64,000 bases of DNA, from the IMG/VR virus record IMGVR_UViG_3300045988_154953; one strand, written 5' to 3'. Positions within the stretch are counted from its first letter, which is position 1, and each line of letters starts with the position of its first letter. This DNA is from a virus. The notes below the pieces were generated by a model, which was not told where the DNA came from, ran no database searches, and worked only from the letters and a program-made list of their open reading frames with translations. A program made the position numbers and the translations under genes. Shown piece by piece: positions 55,299 through 63,358 of the stretch.

Positions 55299-55571
55299 AT
55301 GATTGTATATTATAAATTAGCAAGTCTCTTAAAAGAGAGAAATATGAATTGGAAAGATTTATCAGCTGCCGGTATTGGAATAAATGCTCCACAAAGTTTT
55401 TCACAAAATAAATCCATGAATACAACAAATATAGACAAAGTATGTATGTATCTTGGTGTGCAGCCTGGCGATATTATGGAATGCGTTGATGAAAAAGATA
55501 TAGAAAAAGCAAAACTTGAAGCTCAAATGGCAGAACTTCAAAAAAAATTAGACGCACTCAAAAACAATTAA
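55299..55571 (+). CDS. XRE/Cro-type helix-turn-helix regulator with coiled-coil tail
   Basis: LASLLKERNMNWKDLSAAGIG...IDKVCMYLGVQPGDIMECV; paralogous motif in ORF 4855..5064. Confidence 0.6.
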   Translation: MIVYYKLASLLKERNMNWKDLSAAGIGINAPQSFSQNKSMNTTNIDKVCMYLGVQPGDIMECVDEKDIEKAKLEAQMAELQKKLDALKNN

Positions 55572-55689
55572 ACACACTAAACCATTTTCGTGATGTCGGG
55601 AAAATGGTAATTAAGCACCCAAACGCGTTTTACAACGTAAACGCAAAGTAAAGCGAATGGGTGCTATTTTTATTGAAGAGGACATGAGA

Positions 55690-55866
55690 ATGAAATTTGA
55701 TAATTATTTAAAAGAACAGTTACAAGATCCTGAATTTAAGAAAGAATGGGACGGTACACAGGAAGAGTATGCAGCCATTAACGATAAAATAAAGGCAAAC
55801 GCATTAAATTATAATAATCCATCTGTATCAGAAAGATATATCCGAGACAACAAAAATCATTCTTGA
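55690..55866 (+). CDS. Small protein sharing its N-terminal motif with the HigA-like antitoxin (no HTH)
   Basis: MKFDNYLKEQLQDPEFKKEWD versus EIEKRRQNDPDFRKAWDES in ORF 56274..56570. Confidence 0.45.
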   Translation: MKFDNYLKEQLQDPEFKKEWDGTQEEYAAINDKIKANALNYNNPSVSERYIRDNKNHS

Positions 55867-55923
55867 CAAAAACAACATATATGATGTATTATGTAAGTAC
55901 AAAAGAGAAAGAGAGGAAATTAC

Positions 55924-56262
55924 ATGATACTACACCCTTATAAATCAAATTCTGGACGGGATTTAATTTTTGAATATTTAGATTCTCTGCCAAACAACGA
56001 ACGTATTGATGGCTTGTCAGTTATAGAACATATGGAAAACGGAGAATTTGATAAAATCAATTTCAAACGATGGCAAAAGAAAGTATATGAAGTATATTTT
56101 CAAAAGCATAACCGTATATTTTATGTAACAGTAGATAAAGCTAATATATATTTGCTTCACGCTTGCCGAAAACAGAAAAATAAAACAGAAAAGCAAGATG
56201 CAGATATTGTCAAAAAGCGAGCAAAAGAACTAGGCAAAGAATTAAATAAAACATTTATTTAG
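55924..56262 (+). CDS. RelE/HigB-superfamily toxin (phage Gp49-like family)
   Basis: SGRDLIFEYLDSLP...KVYEVYFQKHNRIFYVTVDKANIYLLHACRKQKNKTEKQDADIVKKRAKE fits the Gp49-like pattern; followed by an HTH partner 12 nt downstream. Confidence 0.65.
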   Translation: MILHPYKSNSGRDLIFEYLDSLPNNERIDGLSVIEHMENGEFDKINFKRWQKKVYEVYFQKHNRIFYVTVDKANIYLLHACRKQKNKTEKQDADIVKKRAKELGKELNKTFI

Positions 56263-56273
56263 GAGGTGTTTGT

Positions 56274-56570
56274 ATGCCATTTGGAACAGTAAATGTTAAG
56301 GAAGAAATTGAAAAGAGAAGGCAAAATGATCCTGATTTCAGAAAGGCATGGGATGAATCCCGTGCCGAGTATGAATTAATTGGAGAAATGATAAGTCTTC
56401 GAAAAAAAGAAAATATAACCCAAAAACAATTAGCTGCAATTACTGGAAATAAACAGCAGACTATTTCCAGAATTGAGCGAAAAGAGAGTGTCCCTACAAT
56501 TCGGATGTTTACGAAAATACTTGACGCATTAGGTTATGAATTGAGGATTGTAAAAAAGGGAAGTATGTAG
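56274..56570 (+). CDS. HigA-like XRE-HTH antitoxin
   Basis: ITQKQLAAITGNKQQTISRIERKESVPTIRMFTKILDALGYEL helix-turn-helix; AGGAGGTG RBS. Confidence 0.65.
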   Translation: MPFGTVNVKEEIEKRRQNDPDFRKAWDESRAEYELIGEMISLRKKENITQKQLAAITGNKQQTISRIERKESVPTIRMFTKILDALGYELRIVKKGSM

Positions 56571-56599
56571 AAATTTAAAAGTGTAGTATCTTTAAATAG

Positions 56600-56632
56600 C
56601 ACCTATTATTTTTTTTAATAGGTGTTATTTTT
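56600..56632 (+). terminator. Intrinsic terminator
   Basis: 9-bp stem CACCTATTA/TAATAGGTG followed by TTATTTTT. Confidence 0.7.
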
Positions 56633-56731
56633 GTGGAAAAAATTAGAGTAATCAGAATAGCTAGAATAAAAAAGCAAACACAATACATCATGCAAATGAA
56701 ACACACGTTTCAAACAGAAAGTGAGGATATT

Positions 56732-57022
56732 ATGAAAAATTTATTATTTGCAGTAATTTCAACATTCATCATAGGATTTGTTTCCGGTTGTGCATACGGA
56801 AATCAGACTAGTGCAGACAATCTTTATCCGATCAGCACAAAAGTTGTCAGTATTGACTATACAACAGATAAAGTGACCGTTGAACAGGCCAACGGAACCA
56901 TGTGGAGTTTCTATGGTTGCGATGACTGGGAACTTGATGACATTTGTAATATGATAATGGATACTTGCGGAACACCAGAAGTCTATGATGACGTAATAGT
57001 TGATTGTAGATATTCAATGTGA
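56732..57022 (+). CDS. Lipoprotein candidate
   Basis: Start set after GTGAGGA; signal peptide MKNLLFAVISTFIIGFVSGC with lipobox-like VSGC. Confidence 0.55.
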   Translation: MKNLLFAVISTFIIGFVSGCAYGNQTSADNLYPISTKVVSIDYTTDKVTVEQANGTMWSFYGCDDWELDDICNMIMDTCGTPEVYDDVIVDCRYSM

Positions 57023-57029
57023 TAGAATT

Positions 57030-57048
57030 AAACTAATCAATTTAATTT
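57030..57048 (+). promoter_or_regulatory. 19-nt conserved motif, copy d
   Basis: AAACTAATCAATTTAATTT, 32 nt upstream of the start at 57081. Confidence 0.5.
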
Positions 57049-57080
57049 TGCCACACCATAAAAGAAAAGGAGATAGAAAA

Positions 57081-57347
57081 ATGAAAGAAGAAGTTTACGA
57101 AGAGATTGAAGAAATTTCAGATAGGGAAATTTCAGATAGTGATATGTTTTTATTTATTGCTAAAATTGCGTTGTTACTCAGTGCAGTTATTATTGGTGCG
57201 ATTGCATATGGAATCACATATTGTGATTTTACACCAATTGTAATCATGGGATTCTTTGTTTTCCCAGTATTTCTTGGTGGTGTGAAATTAGTTTGGGAGT
57301 ATATAAAAGTAAATCTTTTTGAAGACGGGAAGGAACAACCAAACTAA
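57081..57347 (+). CDS. Small membrane protein (acidic N-terminus, two hydrophobic helices)
   Basis: Start set after AAAGGAGA; FLFIAKIALLLSAVIIGAIAYGI and IVIMGFFVFPVFLGGV. Confidence 0.55.
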   Translation: MKEEVYEEIEEISDREISDSDMFLFIAKIALLLSAVIIGAIAYGITYCDFTPIVIMGFFVFPVFLGGVKLVWEYIKVNLFEDGKEQPN

Positions 57348-57359
57348 TCAATATAATTT
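57341..57359 (+). promoter_or_regulatory. 19-nt conserved motif, copy e
   Basis: AAACTAATCAATATAATTT overlapping the stop codon of ORF 57081..57347; 81 nt upstream of the start at 57441. Confidence 0.5.
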
Positions 57360-57440
57360 AAAGAAAGTACATAGGGCATAAACAAAAGTTTGTGCCTCTT
57401 GTAGTGTCTTTAAATTGCACAAAAGAAAGGAGATTTTAAC

Positions 57441-57872
57441 ATGAAATATGAAATTTTGTTCGAGAAAGGTAAATATGCCTTAATTCTCAGAGGTGAAAGC
57501 ATGTCAGAGTATGCAGTTGTGAAAGATTTGGACAATGCAAACAGAGAATGGAATCACACGGTAGGTTACTGTGGATTTGGTTCTAAATGGGGTCATTCAC
57601 AGGTAGATGCGTTATGTACCTGTCTGGAAATATTCAGATATTTTACAGAGCCAGATTATATTTCTCGTAATCGAATTATTGAGTTGGCAACACGATTCAA
57701 AGACAGTTTAGTCACTGCTGATCCAGAGGCAGCGGTTGAATGCTTCGATGAAGATTGTGATTTAACCGAAGAAGAGAAAGAATTTTTCGGTATTGATTAT
57801 GATGAAATTCTTAACGCAAACGAAGATGACGAAGATGAGTTGTATATTGATGAAGATGAGTGGGAGGAATAA
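57441..57872 (+). CDS. Hypothetical protein, acidic C-terminus
   Basis: 143-aa ORF, AAAGGAGA RBS. Confidence 0.55.
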   Translation: MKYEILFEKGKYALILRGESMSEYAVVKDLDNANREWNHTVGYCGFGSKWGHSQVDALCTCLEIFRYFTEPDYISRNRIIELATRFKDSLVTADPEAAVECFDEDCDLTEEEKEFFGIDYDEILNANEDDEDELYIDEDEWEE

Positions 57873-57877
57873 AGCAA

Positions 57878-58153
57878 ATGAAAGAAATTGAATGTTCAGA
57901 CAGAACATTCGCAAATGAATGTCAGGCAGGTAGTACGATTTATAATATCAACGAATTGTTTTCTGCATTGGATGATTTAAAGGAAAAATTCACATATGAA
58001 AAAGCTGCAAGAGTATATGAATTGGCTGAAAATGCAAAGAGCAATTGGAATTTTGTAAAAAGTGAAATTGCAGAAATTAATGATAATTCACGAGTATACA
58101 AAGCATTAGATGACTTCAAAAATAGAGTGAAAAGTGGGGAAGATAGTATTTAG
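57878..58153 (+). CDS. Hypothetical small protein
   Basis: Start set after GGGAGGAA. Confidence 0.5.
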   Translation: MKEIECSDRTFANECQAGSTIYNINELFSALDDLKEKFTYEKAARVYELAENAKSNWNFVKSEIAEINDNSRVYKALDDFKNRVKSGEDSI

Positions 58154-58189
58154 AAATACGTGTTTCATTTGAAGATTGGAGGAATCGAC

Positions 58190-58393
58190 ATGAAAAAATA
58201 TTATAGTATTGAAGACGCAATAAACAATGTATCAAGAAAATTGCATCTCAATTTAAAAGATGCAAATAAGATGGATGAGAAAGAACTAGAAGAAGCCGAG
58301 GTCGTGTTAAAGGATTATGTTGAATTTGTAGAACATTCTGAATATGCTCAATTAGTTCCTAAAATAAAAGGGACAAACAAACTTATACTTTGA
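58190..58393 (+). CDS. Hypothetical small protein
   Basis: Start set after TGGAGGAA. Confidence 0.5.
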   Translation: MKKYYSIEDAINNVSRKLHLNLKDANKMDEKELEEAEVVLKDYVEFVEHSEYAQLVPKIKGTNKLIL

Positions 58394-58460
58394 AACTAAG
58401 GTTTCCTAAGAGAAAAGTGGTTTGTATATTGGGAATAAAGTATATTAAGGAGAAATGATT

Positions 58461-58610
58461 ATGTGGACGCCTTGTGATGACCAGATTGCAGAGTATAACG
58501 AAGAAACAGGAAAAATGGAATTACATTACCACTGTCCATATGCAGATGCATATACAGGCTATGAGTGCGAAATGTGCAGAGTATGTTGTGGTCTTGGTGT
58601 AGACGAATGA
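58461..58610 (+). CDS. Cys-rich micro-protein (49 aa, below the ORF-track cutoff)
   Basis: ATG after AAGGAGAAA; MWTPCDD...HYHCPY...CEMCRVCCG. Confidence 0.4.
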   Translation: MWTPCDDQIAEYNEETGKMELHYHCPYADAYTGYECEMCRVCCGLGVDE

Positions 58611-58726
58611 TTTACTCAGATTTTTGCAGAATATCTGTTAAACAAAATTGAACGCAAATCAAAGGCAGCTGGAGAATAAAAACCTAACTATCTGTTTTAT
58701 TACAAGAAAGTAAGGAGGGAAATACC

Positions 58727-58933
58727 ATGAATGACTGGATTAAGAAAATGAATGAGATGTTTGAGGAGAACGCATATACAAACGCAGGACGCGTTACGGT
58801 ATACTACTGCGAGAACGCAAAATGTATTCTTGTCAGTGTATGCAACAATACGTCTATTATCAAAGATATTGATAGATTAAATGATTTTGGCTTGATGATG
58901 GAATGTATTGTAGCAGTGAAAAATCTTTATTAG
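58727..58933 (+). CDS. Hypothetical small protein
   Basis: 68-aa ORF, TAAGGAGGG RBS. Confidence 0.5.
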   Translation: MNDWIKKMNEMFEENAYTNAGRVTVYYCENAKCILVSVCNNTSIIKDIDRLNDFGLMMECIVAVKNLY

Positions 58934-58943
58934 CCCTATTATA

Positions 58944-58983
58944 AGGCAGTTGGGAGAATAAATACCTAGCTGCCTATTTTATT
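58944..58983 (+). terminator. Intrinsic terminator (diverged copy of the same intergenic unit at about 58663..58710)
   Basis: AGGCAGTTGGG..CCTAGCTGCCT stem (11 bp including 2 G-T) followed by ATTTTATT. Confidence 0.55.
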
Positions 58984-59000
58984 ACAAGGAGAAATACAAA

Positions 59001-59276
59001 ATGTTGAAGGTAAATGACAAAGTAAAAGTGCATATGTATGACACATGTAGCAGAGAAATTAAGACACGGAACTATGGAACTATATTCATAGTTCGTGAGG
59101 AAAACGGAAAGATTGGTATTGATTGGAATACAGATAAATCTCCAACAACTTGTAATGGTGAAGTATTTACACCATTTGAAACATTTTCGTATAGTGTCAT
59201 TTTCGAGAATGTAGAGAATGGAAAGAAATATTATTGGAGCAACGCAAACAACAAAATTGTAGAAATGGAGGACTGA
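59001..59276 (+). CDS. Hypothetical small protein
   Basis: 91-aa ORF, AAGGAGAAA RBS. Confidence 0.5.
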   Translation: MLKVNDKVKVHMYDTCSREIKTRNYGTIFIVREENGKIGIDWNTDKSPTTCNGEVFTPFETFSYSVIFENVENGKKYYWSNANNKIVEMED

Positions 59277-59278
59277 CT

Positions 59279-59548
59279 ATGAGTGCATGGTTATATGATC
59301 CTGAAAAGGATTCACGGAATGGAAAAGAGTTTACATATAATTTGCCTATACATGAGAATGATATGTTATTCAATGGATTTACTTATAGAGAAATAATGGA
59401 TTTAGTGATTGCAAATTGTGGTCACGATGTAACGGAAGCACAATTTGACAAAGAGTTAAGTGATTTTCTTGATATGCGAATTGAAGAGATGAAAGAGAAT
59501 TTAATGCTGTGTAAGGCAAATATGCTGAAAGAAATTAGAAAGGTGTGA
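59279..59548 (+). CDS. Hypothetical small protein
   Basis: Start set to MSAWLYD after TGGAGGA. Confidence 0.5.
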   Translation: MSAWLYDPEKDSRNGKEFTYNLPIHENDMLFNGFTYREIMDLVIANCGHDVTEAQFDKELSDFLDMRIEEMKENLMLCKANMLKEIRKV

Positions 59549-59553
59549 TGAAT

Positions 59554-61272
59554 ATGAGCAGCTTGAAAAAATTTGTAGGTGATTATGCCTATTCTTATAT
59601 TAAAAATATTGCAGTTGACCAGGATAAATTAAGACATGCATTAGTAACTCCACAGAACGCAAGGAATGTGTTTTCTGAATTGGACGAGTTTCAGATAAAG
59701 TCCATCTGTGCTGAAATAAGTACAAATGATACCTTTGGAACAATAAGGGAAACTACGCAGGAAGAAATCATTGAAGATTTTAAGAAAGCTGGATATGACA
59801 CTGTAATTTTTGATGACGAAGAGAAAATAGCAGAATGCAAAAAGTATTATGCAGCAGGAGAAGTAATTTGCACTTATAATAATCTTTCTGGTCGTATGAG
59901 TCAGTATCATATGTTGGTTGCAATTAAGAAAGATATTGATAAAATACAGAGAAGTAAAACACCAAAAAGGGAAGATGAATATGGTACATCTATTCTTAAT
60001 ATTCAGATAGCAAAAAACGGAAGCCATATGTCTATTAAAAATCGCTATAATCACACCGTAAGCGAATGCGATAGTACACTTAATAATAATCTGGATTTGT
60101 TAGTTCCTGGATTACAGGCAAAGGTGCTTGGATATTATAACATAGCTTCTCTTAATAAGAATAAAACCTATTATAGAAACATTGCTAAAATAAACGGAGT
60201 TTATCTAAAATATGTCACAGAAGTTGAAAATGTGTATTTTGGCAACTTTGTTCTTGATAGTAAAAACGGAGTAAGATTTGCAGACAACGGAAGATATTAT
60301 GTGAATACTGATCGTGATAATCTTTGTGTTCTTGATTTTCATGCTAAAAAAGTAATCAAACTTTTTAATGATAGAAATCAAATTAGTAAGGGAACTTTAC
60401 TGACAAGGGCAATGAAAGAGAATTTGCTGCATAGTGGCAATAAAGAGCATATAAATGAACTTAATATTGTTTTTGATAATGCTTTGAAAGAACTATTGCA
60501 GTGCAGAAGAAAGGCATTACAATTCCTTGCTTGTTGTTATGGTTACGATTTTCAAAAGCCATTCAAGGTAACTGGATTACTTGGAAAGTTTACAGCTAAG
60601 AGCATTGAAAAAATAACAGGAAACAATAGTGGAATATTATTAGTCTGCAAAGGAACGGAAGTTCTTTGTGTTGAATTAAACACAGGGAAGTTTAATGTAG
60701 ATGTAGAACAAGCATATTCATATTCGATTGATTATTATTATGCAAAATATGATTTTGAAGCGGACAGAAAAAGTGGAAAACTTGGAGTATTCATTATTCA
60801 ACAGAGTAATGAATATAAAAGAAAAGTGAAAAGAACTTCTACTTATTCTTATTCTTACCTTTATAGTTGTAGCAGTAATGAAATATTTGATAAAAGTGGA
60901 TGCAACTTAACAGAAACAAGAGAAGAATTACGCTGTCGTCTTCGCAAATACAAAGCAGATAAGCGGAAAAGAGAAGTTGATTCGATTAGTTATGCAGCAG
61001 ATCTGAAAGAAATTAAGGAAATGTTTCAGACATTAAAAGAAAAGCTTGTTGTTAAGTTAAGCGAGGCAAAAACTAGCGAAGATTATAAAAATATTGAGAA
61101 CATATTTGATTATCGTTTTACATGGATGGTGAGGAATATAGAGAATTTTGAAACAAAGGTTACGCAAAATAATTTCCGTAACATAGAAGAAGCAACTTAT
61201 AGTATTAAAAGTTTAAAGGAACAAATTGAAGTGAAAATAAGAAAGATAAACGGGAAAGAGGAGGAATATTGA
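59554..61272 (+). CDS. Large early-arm protein of unknown function
   Basis: About 573-aa ORF, AAAGGTG RBS; no motif recognised by eye. Confidence 0.6.
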   Translation: MSSLKKFVGDYAYSYIKNIAVDQDKLRHALVTPQNARNVFSELDEFQIKSICAEISTNDTFGTIRETTQEEIIEDFKKAGYDTVIFDDEEKIAECKKYYAAGEVICTYNNLSGRMSQYHMLVAIKKDIDKIQRSKTPKREDEYGTSILNIQIAKNGSHMSIKNRYNHTVSECDSTLNNNLDLLVPGLQAKVLGYYNIASLNKNKTYYRNIAKINGVYLKYVTEVENVYFGNFVLDSKNGVRFADNGRYYVNTDRDNLCVLDFHAKKVIKLFNDRNQISKGTLLTRAMKENLLHSGNKEHINELNIVFDNALKELLQCRRKALQFLACCYGYDFQKPFKVTGLLGKFTAKSIEKITGNNSGILLVCKGTEVLCVELNTGKFNVDVEQAYSYSIDYYYAKYDFEADRKSGKLGVFIIQQSNEYKRKVKRTSTYSYSYLYSCSSNEIFDKSGCNLTETREELRCRLRKYKADKRKREVDSISYAADLKEIKEMFQTLKEKLVVKLSEAKTSEDYKNIENIFDYRFTWMVRNIENFETKVTQNNFRNIEEATYSIKSLKEQIEVKIRKINGKEEEY

Positions 61273-61273
61273 T

Positions 61274-61471
61274 ATGCTGAAAATTGAAATTAAAACAGAT
61301 GGTGCAGCATTTTGTGATCCTTGTGATGGAAATGAAAGCGAATATTGGGAGGCTGTCGAGTTAAAACGTATACTTGAAGACATTTGCGTTAAGTTGGAAG
61401 ACGGAGTAACAAGTGGTAGTTGCATTGACATCAATGGAAATAAAACAGGTGAATGGAGCCTGGAAATGTGA
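61274..61471 (+). CDS. Hypothetical small acidic protein
   Basis: 65-aa ORF, GAGGAGGAA RBS. Confidence 0.5.
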   Translation: MLKIEIKTDGAAFCDPCDGNESEYWEAVELKRILEDICVKLEDGVTSGSCIDINGNKTGEWSLEM

Positions 61472-61544
61472 GGTGATAGATTGTATGATTAACAGTTGTA
61501 AATCATAATTATCTAAGGTAAAATAAATACAGGAGGTATGAATT

Positions 61545-61790
61545 ATGACAGATATTGAAGTATTGATGAAAGATGGTTGTACAAAGGCAGAAGCCGAAAA
61601 TCATCTGAAAAAAGGTACTCAGGTTATTGATGATCTTGAAGAACATTTTGAAGACTATATGACAGAATGGTGTATTGATGAGGATGAGAAAGATAAGTAC
61701 AGACAGATGATTGAGACAAAGGAACCGATTGTAAATTGGGGTATTGTCCAGACGGAAAATAATACATATTATATTGCATATGTATTATAA
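61545..61790 (+). CDS. Hypothetical small acidic protein
   Basis: 81-aa ORF, AGGAGG RBS. Confidence 0.5.
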   Translation: MTDIEVLMKDGCTKAEAENHLKKGTQVIDDLEEHFEDYMTEWCIDEDEKDKYRQMIETKEPIVNWGIVQTENNTYYIAYVL

Positions 61791-61813
61791 TCATAATTTA
61801 ATATACCAGACAT

Positions 61814-61847
61814 AAGCAGATATCAATTGTGATATCTGCTTTTTTTA
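61814..61847 (+). terminator. Strong intrinsic terminator
   Basis: 12-bp perfect stem AAGCAGATATCA-attg-TGATATCTGCTT followed by TTTTTTATT. Confidence 0.8.
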
Positions 61848-61864
61848 TTGAAAGGAGGATGTGT

Positions 61865-61942
61865 ATGGTGATTTACGCAACAGATGGAATTGTAACACAA
61901 AAAAGCGAAATTAAAACCGAATATACAGCGGCGAGAGGCTGA
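61865..61942 (+). CDS. Micro-ORF (25 aa)
   Basis: ATG after AAAGGAGGA; coding status uncertain. Confidence 0.3.
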   Translation: MVIYATDGIVTQKSEIKTEYTAARG

Positions 61943-61949
61943 GGGAATC

Positions 61950-62039
61950 ATGATAGAAATGTTCGCAGATGATTACCTTGGCCTTAGTTATTATCTGGAA
62001 GATGATGATGGAAACGAAATATTAGCACTTGAACAGTAA
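61950..62039 (+). CDS. Micro-ORF (29 aa, acidic)
   Basis: ATG after GAGGGAA; coding status uncertain. Confidence 0.3.
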   Translation: MIEMFADDYLGLSYYLEDDDGNEILALEQ

Positions 62040-62069
62040 ATAAAAAGAGATATAAAGGAGATATTTATT

Positions 62070-63008
62070 ATGAAGAACATCGTGAAAATGAACAATACAA
62101 CAGCAGCTACAAACAACAACGCAAAAATGTATGATTTAGTTATGAACTCAACTAAACAGGTTGGATCAAAAGTATACGCATATATTCCAACGGAATTATT
62201 ATTTGTAGATCCAGAATTTCAGAGAGATTCTAATTCTGCTAAATTCCAGAGGAAAGTAAAAATTCTTAAAGAAAAATGGGATATTAACAAAATGGATGCA
62301 TTAAGAGTCGTACCTCATCCAGAAGAATATAAATTTTCTATTATTGACGGAAGTCATCGCGATGAAGTAGCTATCGAACTTGGAATACCTGGTCTTGAAT
62401 GTGAGATTGTTTTTGGATTACCAGATGACCCAGAAAAAAGGCGTGTTGAAGAAGCAAAATTATTCTCAACACAGGATAATGAGAAAGACGTATTAACTCC
62501 TGTTGAGAAACATAAGGCATATGTATTGTGTGGAGTAAGAGAAAATTGTATTTTAGATAAATTAGTTAGAAAATACAATATTCCAATTAAAAAGAATCCT
62601 TCCCATGGTCGTGTACCAGTCGGAGCACTCGCTGGGTTTACAAAATCATTGTATATTATTAAGAAAGATGGAGAATCCATGATGGATGATATTTTTTATA
62701 TTCTCTGTGAAAGTAGATGGAATATTGCATCCAAAGGATTAGGTGCATTAACTATTACATCTGTTTATCATGTACTTTCATATCATCCTGATTATAGAAA
62801 TGAAATTAAAACAGTAATGATTGATTACTTTAAAGAGATTGAACCAGAAAACTTTTTTGCAGAAGCTTCAGTTAAGTATTCAAAGCGAACATTAACACAG
62901 AGCGAAAGACTTACGGTATATCTTGAAGATGTTGTTTGTGAGCATTTAGATATTGAAAGAAGCACAAGTACAAAGAAAATTCTTAGTAAGTCAAAAATTT
63001 CAGCATAA
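62070..63008 (+). CDS. ParB N-terminal-domain (ParB/Srx nuclease-like) protein
   Basis: LLFVDPEFQRD and IIDGSHRDEVAIELG (DGxHR) motifs. Confidence 0.6.
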   Translation: MKNIVKMNNTTAATNNNAKMYDLVMNSTKQVGSKVYAYIPTELLFVDPEFQRDSNSAKFQRKVKILKEKWDINKMDALRVVPHPEEYKFSIIDGSHRDEVAIELGIPGLECEIVFGLPDDPEKRRVEEAKLFSTQDNEKDVLTPVEKHKAYVLCGVRENCILDKLVRKYNIPIKKNPSHGRVPVGALAGFTKSLYIIKKDGESMMDDIFYILCESRWNIASKGLGALTITSVYHVLSYHPDYRNEIKTVMIDYFKEIEPENFFAEASVKYSKRTLTQSERLTVYLEDVVCEHLDIERSTSTKKILSKSKISA

Positions 63009-63163
63009 ACCGAAACTTAAAATAGCATTGTAAAAATGCCACTGAGAGAAATCTTAGTGGCATAACTAAGCATCAAATACATGGGAACTATAGGTTCCCC
63101 TCCTTTCTTAAAATTGGTGTTTAGTTATGTCATTAAGACATAAAGTGAAAGGAGAAATTTAAA

Positions 63164-63340
63164 ATGACACTTGGAGAATTATTAGAGATGTTAAGCGAAA
63201 ACAAAAATGTAAATGTATGGCTGAATGGTCAGTTGGTAGCCAGATATGATGGCAGAGATTCTATCTCGGAACATTTCAATCATCATTTTGTTGATCGTAT
63301 TGATTGTTACGTTAATGAATTTCACATTTACATCATCTAA
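63164..63340 (+). CDS. Hypothetical small protein (58 aa, below the ORF-track cutoff)
   Basis: ATG after AAAGGAGAAA; hand translation MTLGELLEMLSENKNVNVWLNGQ... Confidence 0.45.
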   Translation: MTLGELLEMLSENKNVNVWLNGQLVARYDGRDSISEHFNHHFVDRIDCYVNEFHIYII

Positions 63341-63358
63341 GCGAAAGGAGAATTTATC

